NCBI GenBank assembly: GCA_000004985.1
Contig: GG738909.1
Source of the DNA: Naegleria gruberi
Taxonomy: Eukaryota
Reading direction: 5' to 3' (one strand)
DNA length: 64,000 bases
The number at the start of each line of letters is the position of its first letter. The first letter of the stretch is position 1. The position numbers and the translations under genes were made by a program. Below the pieces are notes generated by a model. The model was not told the origin of the DNA. It did no database searches and was given only the letters and a program-made list of their open reading frames with translations. Positions 58,878 through 64,000 of this stretch are shown piece by piece.

Positions 58878-59786
58878 TCTCACAAATTTTTTTTGATTTA
58901 TTTTGTTTGATTGGTGAATATTAATAGAAAGGAAAGAAACTGTATCAATTTTGATCTACCAATTGAACTAGCGAAACACATCTATTTAAACGAAGAGAAT
59001 TGTTAACTTTTCAGCAGCAACAACTTTATATTCAATCAAAAAGCAATAAAAAAAATAAAGAAACACTCGAGCAAAACCAACACGTGAAAGATGTCATTCA
59101 TTCTTTGTGATTAATCTTGTTGGTGGTACAAAACTTTTTGATGAGTTTCTTAATCAAGTTGACAAAGAGAAACATTCTCCAACAGATTTAGTTTCTCTAT
59201 TTGCATTGACTATTAATATTAATGTCAGTACTTTGGTTGATAAGATTCCCTCCATTACTCCAATTGACTTTCAACAGTAACATCACCACTTAATTCAAAC
59301 CTTACCAAATCAAAACAGATTTGTTAGGAATAATGGAGATTTATTGCTAACAGAAATTTTCCTGAAACTAGTGGACCATTACAACGAGAATGATTGGAAT
59401 TGTAGATTGGACCGAATGAATGATTTTTTCGACCAGAAATTGAAAGATCAACATGTCAAGATAGGGTTTTCTTTCGATGAAGCTCACCTATTATTCAAAC
59501 ATGCCCAACAAAAGGTGTAAGTCAATGGCCAACTAAAGGGGGGTCTCTTCCATGCTGTTTATGAACAAAATCGACAATTTAACAATCCTGTTTTTCTTGG
59601 CTCAACATTTAACATATCAGATGCCAATCTTGATGTCAGTCGAGAAGGAAGACAATTGGTTAGACGTGTTATTGGAACTCTTCAACCATGGCTGTTGCCA
59701 GGAGTTAACACAGCATTGACTCACTTGTTTCTGGTTCACCTCAAAACGTAACCATTTTACATAGAGAATTATTACAAAAATCATAT

Positions 59787-60700
59787 GTGAATTCAAATGA
59801 CAAATTTTCCATTATTAGAGATGCTCTAGATGTTGTTATTCAATACAAGAGAATGAAAAGTTTATCCAGACTGACATCCTTCCTTAATGAAACTAAATTG
59901 ATTGATATAAAAACACACCTATTACGATTATTATTCAACAAGAATCGCGTGTTTGATTTTCGAGAAATAGACTCTGAGTTGGAAAGCACCAATCATTCCT
60001 ATACTTATTCACAAGCATTCATTGAACACTCAATTGCCCATGTTTCGAAATTATGGTTGATGATATGTGGCAATTCATGTCATATGAGTTTAAAGGAACT
60101 GGTGAGGAATTTGAATTGTTCATGGGTATGCTTCTCCTACACGAAAGTACATCATTGAAAGGACAATCCTTTACAAAAAGTCCACTATTTAAAAGTATAA
60201 CAAACTCAACGTTGAACCTAGAATTGGAAGAATGGTCAATCAACATAAAAAGCTTGCTACATGATAGAAATCTCTCAAAGATAACACTTCAAATCACAGT
60301 TGGTAATAGGTTCACTCAATTGGCAAACAATTATTTTAGAAATTCTTTTATAAAACCATATGATGAAGCATGTCCAGATGGAATGTTTTATTTAAAACAT
60401 CATCAAGAAGAAAAGTATCAATTGGTAATATGTGCCATGACCTTAATTGCTGATCCTGTTACTGACAGGCTACAACCAGATAAGGCTCTCAATTTGCTCA
60501 AAACATTAGTTCTCTACTCTGGAAAAGATGAATCAGAAATTCACACAGAAAACTCTGCTATTGGATGGATTATTGCTCCAAATATGGATGCAAATACGAT
60601 CAGTCTAACAAATTTGCGAAATTTAAAGCAAACACCAACATCTCAAGCTCTATCTTCACTTGAAAATGGTTCTTTGAAATTAATGGTTACAGAGCTCTAG
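59787..60700 (+). CDS. Hypothetical protein in two overlapping frames (apparent frameshift near 60026-60052).
   Basis: Two same-strand ORFs overlap in different frames. No motif is recognised and no intron candidate was identified. Probably one gene with an indel, or two small genes. Confidence 0.3.
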
Positions 60701-60743
60701 TAACAATACAATTACCTTGTATTATGTTTCGAATAATCAAATT

Positions 60744-62048
60744 TTATTTAGTTTTTAAAGATTGTGAAAATGATTTGGTGTCTTCGGTTGAAATAACAGT
60801 CAATCTTCTATCAGTAGCAAACACTTGTGTTCCAGCATTAATAGGAATCTTGAATTCAACTCTAGGACTTACTGAACTATCGCCTGTTTTGAAGATGACC
60901 ATCCCAGTATCACACACCACAGCAAACTTTTCATCATCTACCAAACTAATGTGATTCGAACAATTTTTTGCATTATTTCCAGTAACATAGCTCAAATTAA
61001 TTTCATAAGATTTTGAAATATGAATTCCCTTAATAGAATAACTATATACGAATGGTGGTGAGTTTCTTGCTTTACACATAAAACTAAACGTCTGCGGGGT
61101 AGAAACAATGTTGGAACAATCATTCAAATCAATTGGAACTCCAAATTGATCTATTAAGGCAATAGATGAAGACTTGCCACCTGTATCCATAACACGACGT
61201 GCACTATAATTGACAATCATGTAAGATTTTGGTCCTTTTTGAATAGTAGCAACCAGAGTATTGTCGTAATAAGTTAAGGCAAAGTATTCTTGTCTTCCCT
61301 CAACATGGAACGTATCATTAACCGAATACCACAGGGATCCAGTTGCAGCACTAAATTGATAACCAAAAGCTTTACAAAATACGTGAATGTAATCCTCAAA
61401 AAGGAAGAGTTTAACATGTCCATTAAAATCTCTGTAATGTTCCCAAAGTTGTACACCTGTATCAGAGTTGTAACATATGAGAAGATTATTATTTACGACA
61501 GCAATTCCATTTCTTCCAGATTTAACAAGAATCATTCCATAGATAGTGGAATAACTTCTAGAGGTTGTGAAACTAAAGTGAGTACCATTCAATACGGAAG
61601 TTCTCAAAATAAAGTCCATATTTGTCTTGGGATTTCTTCTCACTGTGAAATAGTAATTGCCCTCTTGTTGATACAGTGGTGAGATCTCCTTAACTAATTC
61701 TCCTTCCTCTGAAGATGGAAATTGAACGATTGGTAACAAGGTTCCATTTACAAGATCAATAGCAATCAAGAAATCCATTCCAGTGGCAATATTATTGGCC
61801 ATTCCATATAGTTGCTTGCTTAATGGATCCATCACGACAGAACGTGGGAGAATTCTCCAACCGAGATGAGCAGTTTGATAGACAGTAGATGTTGCATCAT
61901 CTCTAACATATCGACTTCTCCACATGTTTCCATCAGGCATGGCCCAACTATCATCTAAACTAGCACCATAATCAAGGCACCAAATTCCCTCAATCAAGAC
62001 GAAAAAGCTAAGCAAACAAATAGTGAATGAAAACGGTGAGTTTTTCAT
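60744..62048 (-). CDS. Secreted hypothetical protein (434 aa) with an N-terminal signal peptide.
   Basis: MKNSPFSFTICLLSFFVLIEGIWC is signal-like. The long single-exon ORF is rich in beta-type residues. Function unknown. Confidence 0.45.
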   Translation of the reverse strand: MKNSPFSFTICLLSFFVLIEGIWCLDYGASLDDSWAMPDGNMWRSRYVRDDATSTVYQTAHLGWRILPRSVVMDPLSKQLYGMANNIATGMDFLIAIDLVNGTLLPIVQFPSSEEGELVKEISPLYQQEGNYYFTVRRNPKTNMDFILRTSVLNGTHFSFTTSRSYSTIYGMILVKSGRNGIAVVNNNLLICYNSDTGVQLWEHYRDFNGHVKLFLFEDYIHVFCKAFGYQFSAATGSLWYSVNDTFHVEGRQEYFALTYYDNTLVATIQKGPKSYMIVNYSARRVMDTGGKSSSIALIDQFGVPIDLNDCSNIVSTPQTFSFMCKARNSPPFVYSYSIKGIHISKSYEINLSYVTGNNAKNCSNHISLVDDEKFAVVCDTGMVIFKTGDSSVSPRVEFKIPINAGTQVFATDRRLTVISTEDTKSFSQSLKTK

Positions 62049-62226
62049 CGTCGATACACTTTGAAATATTTGTTTTTGTGTTTTGATGGTGCCCCTGTTT
62101 ATATTAACTGCGAGATGATTGTTTGTACGATGCTACAAGCTTACTAATATCTCATAAATCTGCTACCGTATTGAACGTTTACGGTTGTGATACAGTATTT
62201 GAATACAAAATACAATCTAACATGTG

Positions 62227-63690
62227 CAATAGTCTCACAATAAATAGAAAACTTGCCATACAATTGTGTAACATTGATTTATTTTGTTATTTACAAGATA
62301 TTGTTTAGATTTGTTTCATGATCCTTAAATCCAGCTATATCATGATTGACTGGTGCAATTAAAATATCTCAGTAAAATCTATTTCACAATTCATTCTCTC
62401 AGACACTACACAACAAATGTGGAGGGAGAAATTATGATTGATGAATACTTCTCTGATGATAGTTGTTAAAATTATTCTAAACTAATATTAATTTTGAGAA
62501 GGAGTGGCAACTTGTTGCTTTTCCAACAATTTTCTTTCCTTTCTCTCTTGCTTTTGAGCTTGTTTTTCCAATTTTCTTTGAGCTTTGATTATTTGCTTTT
62601 CAAGTTTCTTTTCCATTTTCCAAGCATGCTTTTGTTCCTTCTTTTGGAGTTTCAACAAGAGCTTTTCATCAACAGTTGGTGTGACAATATCAGCATTGTT
62701 GGAAACTGGTTCAGTTGATACTTGTTGAACTGGTGGTACAGTAACAATTACTGGTTCAACAATAGGTACGTTAATTGGAACAGTTGGTTCACTATAAGTT
62801 GTGGTAGTTGAAACAGTTTCTGGTTGAGTAGAAGTATTTCCTTGTTGCTTTCTTTGCTTCTTCAATGCAATCTTTTCAAGCTTGTATTGAGCTTTGATCA
62901 ACTTCTTTTCCAATTTAAATGCTTTCTTTTCTTCCTTCTTTTCAAGTTTGAGTTTAAGTCTTTCTTCCTTGTTTGGAGATGACTTAATAGTAGATGGAAC
63001 ATTTGAGTCAATGCTAACATTGACAGGATGGAATGACTTTCTCAAAGATTTCATTTCAAATTTTAGAGTCATGATTTGTTCCTTCTTCATCTTAATTTCA
63101 TCTTTCAATAATTCAATTTGTTGCTTCTTTTCGGAAAGACTTTGAGATTGTTCTTCAGTCAATTGAAGTTTGACCTTTCTTTCTTTCTTTTCCTTTCTTT
63201 CCTTCTTTTCATGATTCAATTTCTTCTTCATTACTCTGAAAAGAATTGGTTTATCTTGTGGAATTTCTTGAATTAATTTCATCATTTCAGAAAAATCATT
63301 TTCATTATTAATTATATAAATTGTTTTTCTCTTCTCAGAAGATGGAACAATAGCCTTGATCTTGAAAGTGGATAATAACACTTCATCAGAAGAAGTAGCA
63401 GATGGTAAATCTTGAACAAATTCTCTAACAGATTCATTCAAGCCTCCGAAATTAATTAATTGGAAAACCTTTTCAATACTTTCTTCCTTGTTCTTTCTCA
63501 TGATTAATTTACCAGTGAGAGTATTATTATTATTATTATTATTATTAGTACACATTTTCTTATCAATTGTTTTAGATTATTTAAATAATTGTTTGATTTG
63601 TTTTTTTTGTTGGTTGAAAAATGAAAATAGAAAGGGTGGGAAATTTTATTTCATTCCACAACAGCAAAGTTCACCATCTCTCCAAAAATA
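62227..63690. repeat. Segmental duplicate B, right arm (inverted partner of 32431-33898).
   Basis: See the left arm. The (ATT)n microsatellite at 63517-63548 is longer than in the left copy. Confidence 0.8.
62488..63555 (-). CDS. Lys/Glu-rich coiled-coil protein, copy 2 (355 aa).
   Basis: Intact ORF, about 95% amino-acid identity to copy 1, poly-N of 8 residues. Confidence 0.6.
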   Translation of the reverse strand: MCTNNNNNNNNTLTGKLIMRKNKEESIEKVFQLINFGGLNESVREFVQDLPSATSSDEVLLSTFKIKAIVPSSEKRKTIYIINNENDFSEMMKLIQEIPQDKPILFRVMKKKLNHEKKERKEKKERKVKLQLTEEQSQSLSEKKQQIELLKDEIKMKKEQIMTLKFEMKSLRKSFHPVNVSIDSNVPSTIKSSPNKEERLKLKLEKKEEKKAFKLEKKLIKAQYKLEKIALKKQRKQQGNTSTQPETVSTTTTYSEPTVPINVPIVEPVIVTVPPVQQVSTEPVSNNADIVTPTVDEKLLLKLQKKEQKHAWKMEKKLEKQIIKAQRKLEKQAQKQERKERKLLEKQQVATPSQN

Positions 63691-63786
63691 GTTTTTTTGT
63701 AAGGTTACAACAACTTAATTAACGCCAATCTTGCTTCACCTTTAATAAAAACAAGAACAAATTTCCAATACTCAACTCTTTCAACT

Positions 63787-64000
63787 TTACAATGAATATT
63801 TACAAGGAACAGATTTGCAAATTTGTGCTAATTTAGAAAGTATGGTTGAGCAAAAAATTGGCTCTTCATAATAATCTTCCAATTGTTCTGCCCATTTACT
63901 TGCTTCCTCCTCATTTGTAAATTCAACTTTTTCAGTGCAATATTCAATCAAATCATTTAGTCCATGTTCGTGAGCTTTCTTCATGACGTTTAAGAGATTT
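63787..64000 (-). CDS. Partial hypothetical CDS running to the window end.
   Basis: The 63787-63984 ORF is acidic and helical (…EEEASKWAEQLEDYYEE…). The gene may extend beyond the window. Confidence 0.25.
   Translation of the reverse strand, partial: NLLNVMKKAHEHGLNDLIEYCTEKVEFTNEEEASKWAEQLEDYYEEPIFCSTILSKLAQICKSVPCKYSL

Noticed and set aside
24601-63690. Interpreting the A/A' and B/B' pairs as arms of a single large palindrome.
   Set aside because: The implied symmetry centres differ (about 39 kb versus about 48 kb). The facing ends differ, heads on the left and tails on the right. The intervening gene content is unrelated, so they are independent inverted copies.
1-64000. Prokaryote-style feature classes: CRISPR arrays, operons, rho-independent terminators and defence islands.
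   Set aside because: The sequence is eukaryotic nuclear DNA: spliceosomal introns, a 5S gene with a T-run terminator, a tRNA without encoded CCA, and eukaryotic gene families. No CRISPR-like arrays of regularly spaced repeats were seen. The only regularly spaced repeat is the mini-intron array.

Overview
Eukaryotic nuclear DNA, AT-rich (roughly one-third GC by eye), gene-dense at about one gene per 2 kb on both strands. Introns are GT-AG spliceosomal and mostly 38-121 nt, with one of about 344 nt. Coding poly-Asn/Gln tracts are common. I ran no searches; every call is by eye from the sequence and the supplied ORF track. That track is not a reliable guide to starts: many M positions are TTG/GTG codons and it splits spliced genes.

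RNA genes recognised: a solitary 5S rRNA gene (33999-34119, with a T-run terminator) and a tRNA-Glu(TTC) (41973-42044).

Protein genes recognised by motif:
- AP-2 alpha-adaptin.
- Two paralogous multi-TM + PAS + class-III nucleotide cyclase genes, in inverted orientation.
- A receptor-type Ser/Thr kinase with NHL and EGF repeats.
- An F-box/kelch protein.
- A riboflavin-transporter-like (SLC52) protein.
- A two-pore K+ channel.
- An ELMO-domain protein.
- A HTATIP2/TIP30-like oxidoreductase.
- A SHAQKYF-class Myb.
- A GNAT acetyltransferase broken by a perfect 35-bp tandem duplication.
- A PAP2/vanadium-haloperoxidase-like secreted protein, with a divergently oriented paralog of its N-terminal domain.
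- A fungal-type Zn2Cys6 transcription factor.
- A degraded plant-type (PLS-class) PPR gene.
- A G-alpha-like GTPase fused to F-box + LRR.
- A UEV(E2-variant)-ankyrin-kinase gene.
- Two copies of a Lys/Glu-rich coiled-coil gene, also inverted.

The most unusual structure lies inside the UEV-ANK-kinase gene: a 459-nt tract made of ten consecutive canonical mini-introns, each separated from the next by exactly 3 nt. Other notable points:
- The 3' 1.35 kb of the two cyclase paralogs is about 97-98% identical while their 5' parts are diverged, consistent with gene conversion or a chimeric assembly.
- One cyclase copy carries an intron that the other lacks.
- Three genes look foreign for a metazoan (PLS-PPR, Zn2Cys6, PAP2/haloperoxidase) and are horizontal-transfer candidates.
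- Several apparent 1-nt frameshifts sit at homopolymers.
- There is a MITE-like element with 26-bp terminal inverted repeats.

Short introns, AT-richness, inverted near-identical and diverged gene copies on one contig, and foreign-type genes together resemble a bdelloid-rotifer-like genome. That is an inference only. I found no single prokaryote-style 'system'. The novelty here is in gene architecture and genome structure.
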